From Alphaproteobacteria bacterium (lineage in GTDB: Bacteria; Pseudomonadota; Alphaproteobacteria; RF32; CAG-239): DNA of 64,000 nt. A program made the position numbers and the translations under genes. The stretch lies in the NCBI GenBank assembly GCA_017546315.1, contig JAFYXH010000002.1, positions 7,736-71,735 of the forward strand. Reading direction: 5' to 3'. Positions 9,218 through 18,981 of the stretch are shown one piece after another; the stretch's first letter is position 1, and each line of letters starts with the position of its first letter. Under the pieces are notes generated by a model that was given only the letters and a program-made list of their open reading frames with translations, made no database searches and was not told where the DNA came from.

Positions 9218-9564
9218 AACGTTTTAATTCCCATTCTAATAATTATCGCTTAATTTTGTTTATAAACGATATAAAAATCCATTACATCCAAGATCTTAAA
9301 GCCTTAATAAAGCGTTTTTTTTATTTTATTAGTACATATCTTAAAAAAGCTATAAAATCTAATATTTGTTCTTTTTATTTTTTTTGCTTAGTTATTATTT
9401 TTCCAAAATGGTGCAAGGCTATAAAAACTCTACGCTAACCAGCACAAACTACCGCCGTTGCCATTGTTGGTTTATTTAAAGAACAAACAACACGAAGACT
9501 ATAAAATGTTTTTTTTTAACTATCAAGCATTTTTTTATATCAAAACCTACAAAAGCTTGTATTT

Positions 9565-11007
9565 TTAAGGGAGTTTAATTTTAGTAAATAAAACCCAAAT
9601 AACCACAACTTCAAGTCTACCTAAAACCATAGCAAAAGATAGGATATATTTAACAAAATCACTAAAATGTGAGAAATTGCCACTAGGGCCGGTGAGTTCA
9701 GTAAGTCCAATGCCTGAGTTTGTAATGCATGCGCTAACAGCACCAATAGATGTTAAGAAGTCAACCCCTGTTAAGCATATAATAAGACTAAACAATATAA
9801 TAGCCCCAATAAATCCAAATACGAGCACGAATACAGATGAAACAATTGAATCGTCAATAATTTTATTTCCAATCTTCATCACAGCAACTTGATTGGGAGA
9901 TAAAGACTTAATCGCATTTTTCTTAAAAAACGAAGTGATAACTTGCCATCTAAATATTTTAACCGAACCGGTTGTAGAGCCAGTGCACCCGCCATGAAAA
10001 TAAAAAATAAGAAAAACAATGATAGCCCAATTTCCCCAGGCTAAAAAGTTTGTAGATGTAAGTCCAGTAGTAGTTATTGCAGATATTGTGTTAAAAGAAA
10101 CGTATCTCATAGCTTTAATAAAGCCAATATCAGAGTTAAGACTATAAAAAATGCTAAATCCAAGAATATAAAAACACAAAAGCTTCAAAAATGTATTTAC
10201 CTGAGTGTTAGATATAACCGCATCAAACGTTTTTTTCTTAAATATCAATATAAAATATGTAATAGGTAAAGCACCAATAGTCATAAATATTCCGATAACG
10301 AGTTCAATAACCGCACTATCAAAAAATGCAACAGACGTGTTTTTAGGGGACAAACCTCCCGTTCCTAAGGTTGACATTGCAAAACAAATAGCATCAAATT
10401 TGTTCATTCCTGATAAATTTAACAAAAAAGCGCATAACATATTAAGGATTAAATACATTATGATAATATCTTTTGCAATATCTTGAACTTTTGGTAAAAA
10501 TTTTTCTTCAGTATCGGAGTTTTCCTTGTTAAATAGGTGCATCCCACCGATTCGAAGAAAAGGCATTAAAGCAACCGCAAAAATAACAATTCCAATACCG
10601 CCCAATCCATTAAGCATCGCTCTCCAAAATAAAACAGACCGAGGCTCAGCCTCAATATTCTGTAAAACAGTAGCTCCAGTTGCGGTAATTCCGGATGTTG
10701 CCTCAAACAAAGCATCAACAAAATTAACAAAGCCACCATTATTAAGTAATGGTAAAGCACAAACAAAAGGCATTAAAAACCAACAAAAAACAGTAATCAA
10801 ATATCCTTGCAAGACAGAAATTCGTTCTACTTTTCCAAAGTTTGCTAAAAACATCAATCCGCCCAAAAATATAGCAGTAATTCCACCTTGTATAAAGTTA
10901 TAATCAGGCGTTCCTGTATAATAATACAAAACAAAGCTTGGAACAAACATCATCAAGCCCAAGACAAAGATAATAAATCCGTTAATCATTAAAACAGGTT
11001 GCCACAT
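9565..11007 (-). CDS. trkH: TrkH/KtrB-family potassium uptake membrane subunit
   Basis: 480-aa polytopic membrane protein with repeated selectivity-filter-like GxTATGA/TTTGL/GTGGLS/NSGIG segments characteristic of TrkH. Confidence 0.85.
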   Translation of the reverse strand: MWQPVLMINGFIIFVLGLMMFVPSFVLYYYTGTPDYNFIQGGITAIFLGGLMFLANFGKVERISVLQGYLITVFCWFLMPFVCALPLLNNGGFVNFVDALFEATSGITATGATVLQNIEAEPRSVLFWRAMLNGLGGIGIVIFAVALMPFLRIGGMHLFNKENSDTEEKFLPKVQDIAKDIIIMYLILNMLCAFLLNLSGMNKFDAICFAMSTLGTGGLSPKNTSVAFFDSAVIELVIGIFMTIGALPITYFILIFKKKTFDAVISNTQVNTFLKLLCFYILGFSIFYSLNSDIGFIKAMRYVSFNTISAITTTGLTSTNFLAWGNWAIIVFLIFYFHGGCTGSTTGSVKIFRWQVITSFFKKNAIKSLSPNQVAVMKIGNKIIDDSIVSSVFVLVFGFIGAIILFSLIICLTGVDFLTSIGAVSACITNSGIGLTELTGPSGNFSHFSDFVKYILSFAMVLGRLEVVVIWVLFTKIKLP

Positions 11008-11092
11008 ACTCTATCTCATCAAACTAGTTTATAGTTTAAAAATATATACTTTAATCAAACATGCAAGAAAGAGAAGAATTTATCCACCAAAC

Positions 11093-12673
11093 CTACCATG
11101 ATATATACCACCAAATAAACATAGATAATAACGAAAACAAAATAAACAAACTAATAATCGCTATTTTAAGTTTATCAGAAAGGTTTTTTAAAAATTCCCC
11201 CAAAATCATTGCCATAATTGTCGTTAAAATAGCAACATACCTAAAATCTTGGTTGCACATATAAGGATGCTTTAGGCTAAACATTATCTGTCCAGCTAAA
11301 ACCCCACCAAGAAGGGCTAGTAAAAAGTAAGTCATAAAGTTTTTATATTTTTTGAGCGCTAAATAAAAGACCCCAACCCAAATAATAGCAATCAATACCT
11401 TATATAATACCACAAAACACTCAATAAGCCAAAAAATAGCTTTTCCTCGATAAGAAAAATCCCATTGCCCAAACAAAGCAGTTTTAGTCATTGTTTCCCA
11501 AAGGTTAATCCCAAAATCATTGTAAAACATATTTTCATAAAAGAATGCCCTCAATGGAGAAAAACGCATAGCTATAGAGTAGTTCTCAATGCTTAAATGT
11601 GTCTGAGGAGGCACAAAGCCAAAATCAAGATTTAAAACCTTATATTGATATAATGGCCAAATGCTATATCCCAAAATAATAAGCAAAAAGCAAATAATTA
11701 AATCAAATAAAGTCTTTTTATCTCTATTTTTATAAAGTTTAAGCACTCCAACCACACCTCCACCGCCAATAACCAAAATTCCCGATAGTTTAGTAAGTCC
11801 CGCCAACATCACATAAAAAGCAATCATATAAAGCTTTTTTGCATCTCCATCTTTATGATACAATAATGTATAATATATAATAAGAGCCTGAAACAATAGT
11901 AAAAGCCCATCATTATTAAAGAACCCACCAATCGCATTATATATAGGGAATAAGGAAACAAAAGCCACACATCCAATATAAACAATCCCTTGGAAATTAA
12001 TTAGCTTAAAGATTTTTGATGCAACAATGTAATATCCAAATAAATACGATACAAATATAATTTGCACTGCTTCAGAGGCAAAATCTTTAGAATGAGATAT
12101 CAATTCTCCAACTCTAATCCCAAGGCCTGCAATGAAAAAATGCAAAATAGGGTGATATGATGAATAGCTAGGTCTTGTTAAAAGAGGATTTTCTTTCCAA
12201 AACATAAAATTATTATCCAAGATATACTCTATATAATTATAGCAAGAGGCAAAATCATACTGAACATCCCCAATTTTAGTATTAGAAACAAAAGAAAGAT
12301 TGAAAAAAACAGCCGTAAAAATAAATATCTTTCCCAAATTTATATCATTTTTATATTTCGATAAATAAAAAGCCAAACATAAAAAGCTCAAAAACAGATA
12401 GCAAACTAAGTAATTTGGGTTGAAGAAAAACGTTAAAAGAAAGAAAAAAGCCCCAATACATCCTAAAATAAGTCTTTTTTTATGCTCAACTTCAAAAGGG
12501 TTAAATAAAACAATCTCGCACATTCCAAGTAATAAATTAGCTTTCAATATATCAAAACCATACATTTGGCTAAAAAGGGAATTAAGAAAAAAACTAAAAA
12601 CAATAATTCCACCACTGATGAAGCAAGATATGTTATTCATGAGCCCTCTATTAAAAAAATCATTTAAAATCAA
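11093..12673 (-). CDS. GT-C fold (ArnT/PMT-like) polytopic membrane glycosyltransferase
   Basis: 526 aa with more than 10 predicted TM segments. A SYHPILHFFIAG block resembles the hPPLyy motif of GT39/GT83-type transferases. Confidence 0.5.
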   Translation of the reverse strand: MILNDFFNRGLMNNISCFISGGIIVFSFFLNSLFSQMYGFDILKANLLLGMCEIVLFNPFEVEHKKRLILGCIGAFFFLLTFFFNPNYLVCYLFLSFLCLAFYLSKYKNDINLGKIFIFTAVFFNLSFVSNTKIGDVQYDFASCYNYIEYILDNNFMFWKENPLLTRPSYSSYHPILHFFIAGLGIRVGELISHSKDFASEAVQIIFVSYLFGYYIVASKIFKLINFQGIVYIGCVAFVSLFPIYNAIGGFFNNDGLLLLFQALIIYYTLLYHKDGDAKKLYMIAFYVMLAGLTKLSGILVIGGGGVVGVLKLYKNRDKKTLFDLIICFLLIILGYSIWPLYQYKVLNLDFGFVPPQTHLSIENYSIAMRFSPLRAFFYENMFYNDFGINLWETMTKTALFGQWDFSYRGKAIFWLIECFVVLYKVLIAIIWVGVFYLALKKYKNFMTYFLLALLGGVLAGQIMFSLKHPYMCNQDFRYVAILTTIMAMILGEFLKNLSDKLKIAIISLFILFSLLSMFIWWYISW

Positions 12674-12805
12674 CTAACAACTTTTTGTCCCTCAAGTCAA
12701 GAACTAAAAAAAATAATCCTTGAAAATCTTGTTATAAAAAGTGCTTGTAATGACTATGTTTTTATGATATACTTCCGATATAATTTATAAGAGGAGAATA
12801 AAATA

Positions 12806-15800
12806 ATGGATTTTTTTAGTCAAAAAGACAAAAGAGAATTGAAAACAAAACACGTTAAAGATATTGTAAAAAGAGAATTAAATAAAATCAGAATATCTTT
12901 TTCAGAAAAGTTCTTAAACGCTAATTATAGAGATAACATCACAGAAGAAAGCGTAAAGTCTTTACATGAAGAATTAAAGAATATTTTTATATCAAACGAT
13001 CAAGAAGACTTATATAACGCTCATATAGAAAATTTTGAACATTTCAAACAAAATGGAGATATTCAAAAACCAATAAATCTAGAAACAGAAGAATCTCAAT
13101 TATTTTGGGGTATAGCATTAGGATACTATGCTTCCCATCCAGAAATTGCATCAAAATGGCAAAATCTAAATGAAGGAAATTGTCGCCTTTCTGAAACAAC
13201 TTTATGGAAACGCATAGAGAAATCATCATATATGCAAAAAGAGTTAACCAAACACGCATATGTAGTAAATGACACTCTAGAAGATAAAAATACCAAAATA
13301 ATATGGCATGAACATGGTTATCCAAACATCAGCTATTGTTTTATTCCAACAGAAAAAGTGATAGTAGATGATATGTTGTGGACACTTGTTTGCGGTACAG
13401 ATGCAGCCTCAACTGCTATCAACCACGAGATAGCACACTCAAAAGGAACACAATTTACCCAAAGCCCTAAAATGGAGCAATTAAGTAAAGAGCAAGAAGG
13501 TTTTGTAGAAGAACTTTCTCGCCTAAGTTCTGCAAATGATAAAGATGAATGGATAAAGGTGGCTAAAAAGGCCGCACGAAACCAAATAGAATACGAATAT
13601 CGTTTTCGCTTTTTAGATGAGCTAGAAAATATGTTTGCTAATAGATATTCTGTGGAATTTGGTGGAGAATACGATAAAGCTCACCTAAACGAATTAGAGA
13701 CCGTCATAAATGTCGGTATCAAATATTTATCTCCTAAAGAAAAAGAAGCCTTAAAAAAAGAGATAGAAACATCTGCAGAAAGAAGAATACAACACGTAAA
13801 AGATATAGCCAGAAATAGTTTTTTTGCTAATAATGAATTAGTATCAAACATAAAAACGGATGATTGGCAATCAATTCACCTTTTCCCAGATCTTTTAACA
13901 GGTATTGATAAAGATGGTCGTAAAATGGGTTCTAAGGAAAGTTTTGAAAAAATCAGAGAAATTTGTGATCAGTTTGAGCAAAAGTGTCCTAGCTTTTATT
14001 TAAAACTCAATGATAAAGAATTATATGATGCCCGTATGACAGCTTTAAGTAAACAAAGGGTAAAATTAGTAGATGAATTCTTTGATATGTTTGTAGCTCA
14101 TCATATGGAAGAAATATACCGAAATTCAGATAAAAATATCGAAAACACAATACAACAATTAGAACAACAAGGAAAGATATCTCAACAGCAACAAGGAAAC
14201 AGCGGAAAAATTCCTCCTATGCCTCCGCAATCTAGTCAGTGCAATAAAGGTAATTGTTCTCAAGGTTCAACTCCATCTCCTACTCCTCAACAAGGTTCAG
14301 GTCAAAGTGGTCAACCTCAACCACAACAAAGTTCAGGTCAAGGAGGTCAACCAATCCATCAACAAAATAGTCAAGTAAATCCAAATAAACAAAACGGTCA
14401 AGGAGATAAACAAAACCAACAGCAAAATGATGGTCAAGGAGGTTCTAAAGATCAAACTAATGGGGGCAATAAAGAAAAGCAAGATCAAAATGGTCAAGGA
14501 GATAAACAAAACCAACAACAAAATGATGGTCAAGGAGGTTCTAAAGACCAAACTGATGGAGGTAATAAAGAAAATCAAGATCAAAACGGTCAAGGAGATA
14601 AAGAAAACCAACAGCAAAATGATGGTCAAGGAGGTTCTAAAGACCAAACTAATGGGGGCAATAAAGAAAAGCAAGATCAAAATGGTCAAGGAGATAAACA
14701 AAACCAACAACAAAATACTCAAGGTGGTGGTAATAAAGACCAAACTGATGGAGGTAATAAAGAAAATCAAGATCAAAACGGTCAAGGCGGTTCTAAAGAT
14801 AAAGATGATCAAAATGGCCAAGGTGGTTCAAAAGATAAAAATCAACAACAAAAAGATTCAGGAGATAAAGGCAATAACTCAAGTGAGCCTAAATTAGATG
14901 AAAATGGTTATCCTGATAGTAAGAATTTTGAAATTGAACAAAAAAATGTTAATAAAGGTGAGGAATTAAGCCAAGATGAGAAAAATGAAATAGCTAAAAA
15001 AGCAGAAAAAAATGGTTCAACCGTGGAAGACTTAGCTAAAGAAGCAGGAGAGAATATTCCCAAAGAACAGCTTCCTCAACGTAGTTCTCCTCTAGAAAGA
15101 ATCAAGTCTAGCGCAAAAGAAAATTCTAATGGAGATATAGATAATGATAAAGATGATCTATCCAAATATATTCCAGAGCAGGATGTTCCAATATTGATAA
15201 CTCCAGAAAAGATGAAAAGATATTTGCAATCGGATAACGCTGGATACGATATCTTGCAAGGAAGTTATGACGAATATCAAAAGCGTGTTGCTAAATATAA
15301 AGATGAGATAGCTCGTATTAGAGTTTTAATTAAAAAGATTATAACTCAAAAGAAACTTGATAGTATCAAACATGGTCGAGCTCAAATCAAAAAAGAACAA
15401 ACATTGCTTCCATATAATGGTGCTCAAACTCTTGATGTTTCTCGTCAAAGAAAATTAATTCAAAAAATACGTTCAAACGATCCAACCATCTCAGAGGATG
15501 ACTTTAGACGTTTCTCTTCTAAACGAAAATTTAGAGAAGATGAAATTATTGAAAAGACAGAAATAGAAGAAAGTAATTTTGCATTTATCATAGATGGATC
15601 AGGCTCAATGGCCGGAGGACCTTTTAAAAGTGCTATGGCAACAGCTCATGTATTGTATGAGGCAACCAAATCTTTCAAAGAAGTAAACATATTTATTTAT
15701 GTAATGGGACAGCCAACCCCTACAACAATTGCAAAGCCAGGAATGAGCACAAAAGAAATTGGAGAAAGATTAGATGCAGCAGAAAAAGAATTTGGCTATG

Positions 15801-16285
15801 GATGCAATGACCATATCGTTCCAGCAATGCAACAATCATTAGCAGATATTGCTGAGAATATGGGTAAAAATGCTAATTCAACCAGCGGTTTTATACATAT
15901 ATTCCCAATTACAGACGGCGGAAATAATGATTATGCAGGCTTAACCTCTAATCTAAATGGCGCATATCCAAATAAATGTATCAAAACTTTGATAGAAAAT
16001 AACGAATATCTCACATTTGACTGGTTGTTTATAGATCAACAATATACAAACTACACCAAACCATTCATTGAAGATATGAAGAAAAAAGGATGTACTCAGT
16101 TGGATTATGTAGATGGCGTATTTTCTAAATATAAAGGAGATGTGGTAAAAGAAAAAATTGCCGATAAAGTAATCGAACTTCTAGCTAGGCGCATAAGGCA
16201 TTCTCAAGTTAAAGAGAAAACTCAAAATGGCGTTAAGAAAAAATTAATTGAAAAAGGATTACAAGAAATTAAAAGATACAGATAG
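12806..16285 (+). CDS. Large protein: HExxH-containing N-domain, Q/N/G/P-rich disordered linker, C-terminal vWA (MIDAS) domain
   Basis: 1159 aa. SD aagaggag lies about 10 nt upstream of the ATG. HEIAH is at 13424-13438. Low-complexity sequence covers about aa 465-770 and includes the 96-bp repeats. The MIDAS motif DGSGSM is at 15593-15610, with a later ITDGGNND, in a CobT/NorD-like C-terminal vWA arrangement. Confidence 0.65.
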   Translation: MDFFSQKDKRELKTKHVKDIVKRELNKIRISFSEKFLNANYRDNITEESVKSLHEELKNIFISNDQEDLYNAHIENFEHFKQNGDIQKPINLETEESQLFWGIALGYYASHPEIASKWQNLNEGNCRLSETTLWKRIEKSSYMQKELTKHAYVVNDTLEDKNTKIIWHEHGYPNISYCFIPTEKVIVDDMLWTLVCGTDAASTAINHEIAHSKGTQFTQSPKMEQLSKEQEGFVEELSRLSSANDKDEWIKVAKKAARNQIEYEYRFRFLDELENMFANRYSVEFGGEYDKAHLNELETVINVGIKYLSPKEKEALKKEIETSAERRIQHVKDIARNSFFANNELVSNIKTDDWQSIHLFPDLLTGIDKDGRKMGSKESFEKIREICDQFEQKCPSFYLKLNDKELYDARMTALSKQRVKLVDEFFDMFVAHHMEEIYRNSDKNIENTIQQLEQQGKISQQQQGNSGKIPPMPPQSSQCNKGNCSQGSTPSPTPQQGSGQSGQPQPQQSSGQGGQPIHQQNSQVNPNKQNGQGDKQNQQQNDGQGGSKDQTNGGNKEKQDQNGQGDKQNQQQNDGQGGSKDQTDGGNKENQDQNGQGDKENQQQNDGQGGSKDQTNGGNKEKQDQNGQGDKQNQQQNTQGGGNKDQTDGGNKENQDQNGQGGSKDKDDQNGQGGSKDKNQQQKDSGDKGNNSSEPKLDENGYPDSKNFEIEQKNVNKGEELSQDEKNEIAKKAEKNGSTVEDLAKEAGENIPKEQLPQRSSPLERIKSSAKENSNGDIDNDKDDLSKYIPEQDVPILITPEKMKRYLQSDNAGYDILQGSYDEYQKRVAKYKDEIARIRVLIKKIITQKKLDSIKHGRAQIKKEQTLLPYNGAQTLDVSRQRKLIQKIRSNDPTISEDDFRRFSSKRKFREDEIIEKTEIEESNFAFIIDGSGSMAGGPFKSAMATAHVLYEATKSFKEVNIFIYVMGQPTPTTIAKPGMSTKEIGERLDAAEKEFGYGCNDHIVPAMQQSLADIAENMGKNANSTSGFIHIFPITDGGNNDYAGLTSNLNGAYPNKCIKTLIENNEYLTFDWLFIDQQYTNYTKPFIEDMKKKGCTQLDYVDGVFSKYKGDVVKEKIADKVIELLARRIRHSQVKEKTQNGVKKKLIEKGLQEIKRYR
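14393..14850 (+). repeat. In-frame 96-bp (32-aa) tandem repeat, about 4 full copies plus a degenerate tail
   Basis: Units start at 14393, 14489, 14585 and 14681. The consensus peptide is NGQGDKQNQQQNDGQGGSKDQT(N/D)GGNKE(K/N)QDQ. Copies differ by a few substitutions, and a partial, diverged copy follows from 14777. Confidence 0.85.
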
Positions 16286-16357
16286 GCAACAAAAGTGTTG
16301 AAGAACATTAAAAAATATGATAAAATGATATAAATTGCTAAAAAGTAGGAGAGAAAA

Positions 16358-18979
16358 ATGTCAAAAATTTATATGCACGAAATAGGAACAGAAAATTATC
16401 CTTTTCCTAAAGAAATAAAAAAAGGACCCAAAGGGGAAATTACTGTAGAATGGGCGGCATCAGATGAACAAGCATTCTATATTCCTACAATGCGAGAATG
16501 CACAACAGATGAACTTTATGGTATGCTTATGCGTGAAGTTGTAACAGACCCAACGTTGTTGCCGGATATGAAAGAGTTATTAACTCGTTTAGATAGAGTG
16601 CAAACTCCAGAAGATTGTAAGAGTTATGCTTATAATCCAGTCGGAGCTCCTGGTAATGGTAAAACATTCCTTATGAAGGCATTAGGAAAATTAGTTCATC
16701 CCAAAGGTGCAATGGTAATCAACTGTAAGAACGTAAAAGACGTTGAAGAAATATACAAGAAAACAAGTATTGGAGTATCTAAGGCAAGCAAGCGCAAACG
16801 TATTGATGCTCATATTCACATGGTAAACCTTGGAGATGAAGAACCATTAAAACCTGAAACAATTTTGCTTTTAAAGAAAAACTTAGGAAATAATGTAGTA
16901 ACCCAAGAGATGCGAGAAGATAGAAAGATAACATCTATTGATTGGGAAGCAACCAATGCCTCAGCAGAAGTTATTGAGCTTGTTTGCGATAAATTTATGC
17001 ATCTCGAAGGTGTAGACTACAAGGAAGATGCCGGACACGTAGGTTTAGTAACCGAAGATGGTCCATTGCTTCGTGCTTTAGTCGATGAAAAATCACCAGA
17101 CTTTGGTCGTTTAGTTATCTTAGATGAATCTAACCGTCTTCCAGAAGGTGACGCCTTATTGACAATTCAAGCATTTTTCTCAGAGCCAGGAGCAGGGGAG
17201 CTAAAGCTAGAAGGTGGTGATGATAAAGTATTTACCATCAAACGAGATAAGATACCATCAACATTCCTTTTCCTAGGAACGTCTAACCAAGCGGTAGAAG
17301 AAAATGGTGATAGTGCCAGAAAGTTATCCCGTCCAGAGATTTCTCGTCAAGGTCAAGGTATTGATATTAGATTGATTTCAGAGCCTACAAAAGAAGATTA
17401 TTTTTCAAGAACCCTAAAACACTTAACAGGTGTTCCAGCGTATTATACTTATATGTCAGATAGAGATTACTGGGATAAAAACCCTAGTGAATTAGCCGAA
17501 GAATTAAAACGTCAACGAACAATAGGTTTGACAAAAGAAGAAATAAAAGAAATTCCACAAGAGGAAATGTTTAATATCAAACATATTGGTAGAACAGTAA
17601 AAGTAGCAAGACAAGTTGCTGAATTGTTGTATAATACTGATAAATTGATTTTAGCAACCTCTAAAGATGGCTCACTACCAGAAGGCTATACGTCTTATTT
17701 AAGAGATGAGGCAGTGGTTGACCTTCGATACATCTTTAAGCTTATTCAACATTCAAAGATAGAGCAAGCTAAAAGCACTAAAGGTGGAGCTGCAATGTTT
17801 AAAAAGATTAAAAACACTCAACCAAAATCAGAAGAAGATGTTTTATTCGCAATGGAAAGAAGACTTAAAACTCGTGATAGAGCTCATATGCTCCATCGAG
17901 GAGTAAAGCTTGAAAACGAGTTAAGTCAAAAACTATACAATATGCTTATCCCTGAAGATATTGACAAGAAATTAAGAGATTCAATATCTCCTGAAGATGA
18001 CTTCAAAAAAATTGAAGCTATTTGGGGTGGTTTACGTCAAAAAGCCAAAGGCTTGAAATTTCAGTTTGCAGGATATGAAGGACAAGATAGTGTAACTAAT
18101 CTCTATAATGCTAAAGAAGAAGATTTTCCTGTTGCCGCAACTGAAGGCTTAAGAAATATGCTATTAGGTGCGATGAATGAGGTTTATAATACAAAATTTA
18201 AAGCAGAAGATGTCTTAGATGAAGAAAGTCTTGGAGAAGCATTGAAAATGTTGGGAGAAAATGGCAAAGAACGAAACTTTGTCATTCCAAACCTAGATAA
18301 AAGAAAATCATCTTTTGAACCTCTTAAAGCAGTTTATCTCGCTCAAGGAAAACAAAACGATGGCATTGAAAGAGAAGAATTGTTAACAGTAAACGAATTC
18401 GCAAATTCATTTATCTTAAAGCAAATGCGTTCACGCAATATGAAGCGTATTGCTAATGAAAAAGTAAATATTCCAGACGGAGTTGACGTAAATAATGAAG
18501 CCTTAAAAATCGCTAATGGTGAACATGAAATATTCCAAACCACCACTGTGATGTTAAATGATGAAGCTCAAGAAAAAATAGGTATGGCTCACATTATTTA
18601 TAACAAATCAACAGATTATGCGTTTGTTCTTTCAGATTTTGACGTATCACCACGTGTTCGTACAGCATTAAGTGAAAATGGTGCATTTTTCGTAAACTGC
18701 GAACATCTTGAAGAAGAGTTCAAAGTAATCTCTAGTGAATTGAGAAAACAATTAGGTGGAGTTCAAGAAGATGCAATTGCTAACGCAATAATGCTAAGAA
18801 TAGATTTAGATTTAGCAACCGTTTCAGAAGTATATGGTGAATTAGATAATTTCTTTCAATTTGTAACACAAGAAGACGGAATGTGTCCACCAGAAAAAGT
18901 AGATGCAGTAATGCTAACATCTAAAGAATTTAGCCAAAATATACCAATTCGAGATATATTAAAAAACAAAGGGAGATAA
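16358..18979 (+). CDS. AAA_5 (MoxR/CobS-like) ATPase with an insertion between the Walker motifs and a ~530-aa uncharacterised C-terminal region
   Basis: 873 aa. SD aggagag lies upstream. Walker A GAPGNGKT is at 16643-16666 and Walker B VILDES at 17114-17131. This is followed by LPEGDALLTIQAFF..L..G......P..FLFLGTSNQ, the pattern of dynein-related AAA_5 domains. The gene lies 72 nt after the vWA gene. Confidence 0.7.
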   Translation: MSKIYMHEIGTENYPFPKEIKKGPKGEITVEWAASDEQAFYIPTMRECTTDELYGMLMREVVTDPTLLPDMKELLTRLDRVQTPEDCKSYAYNPVGAPGNGKTFLMKALGKLVHPKGAMVINCKNVKDVEEIYKKTSIGVSKASKRKRIDAHIHMVNLGDEEPLKPETILLLKKNLGNNVVTQEMREDRKITSIDWEATNASAEVIELVCDKFMHLEGVDYKEDAGHVGLVTEDGPLLRALVDEKSPDFGRLVILDESNRLPEGDALLTIQAFFSEPGAGELKLEGGDDKVFTIKRDKIPSTFLFLGTSNQAVEENGDSARKLSRPEISRQGQGIDIRLISEPTKEDYFSRTLKHLTGVPAYYTYMSDRDYWDKNPSELAEELKRQRTIGLTKEEIKEIPQEEMFNIKHIGRTVKVARQVAELLYNTDKLILATSKDGSLPEGYTSYLRDEAVVDLRYIFKLIQHSKIEQAKSTKGGAAMFKKIKNTQPKSEEDVLFAMERRLKTRDRAHMLHRGVKLENELSQKLYNMLIPEDIDKKLRDSISPEDDFKKIEAIWGGLRQKAKGLKFQFAGYEGQDSVTNLYNAKEEDFPVAATEGLRNMLLGAMNEVYNTKFKAEDVLDEESLGEALKMLGENGKERNFVIPNLDKRKSSFEPLKAVYLAQGKQNDGIEREELLTVNEFANSFILKQMRSRNMKRIANEKVNIPDGVDVNNEALKIANGEHEIFQTTTVMLNDEAQEKIGMAHIIYNKSTDYAFVLSDFDVSPRVRTALSENGAFFVNCEHLEEEFKVISSELRKQLGGVQEDAIANAIMLRIDLDLATVSEVYGELDNFFQFVTQEDGMCPPEKVDAVMLTSKEFSQNIPIRDILKNKGR

Positions 18980-18981
18980 CA

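Noticed and set aside
9256-9438. 60-aa plus-strand ORF in the rne-trkH spacer
   Set aside because: It has no RBS and an extremely AT-rich, low-complexity translation. The region is more plausibly the rne 5' leader on the other strand.
10205-10903. Plus-strand ORFs of 93 and 125 aa and a 66-aa minus-strand ORF inside trkH
   Set aside because: They overlap the confidently assigned TrkH frame and have no independent support.
12740-12790. Sigma-70 promoter upstream of the vWA operon (TTGTAA ... TATGAT / TATAAT)
   Set aside because: Candidate -35 and -10 hexamers exist, but their spacing (12 or 22+ nt) is wrong. In sequence this AT-rich, such hexamers occur by chance, so no promoter is reported.
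14333-14897. Two long ORFs (162 aa on the minus strand, 156 aa on the plus strand in an alternative frame) with strikingly repetitive peptides
   Set aside because: Both lie entirely within the 96-bp tandem repeat of the 1159-aa gene. Their openness is a by-product of the repeat's A-rich, stop-poor composition. They have no RBS, and they interrupt an otherwise continuous 3.5-kb frame.
12806-18979. Annotating the vWA and AAA_5 genes as cobaltochelatase CobT/CobS
   Set aside because: The AAA_5 and vWA blocks resemble CobS/CobT only at family level. The proteins are 2-3 times larger and carry an HExxH head and long unique regions. No cobN or other cobalamin genes are nearby. I therefore left them unnamed.
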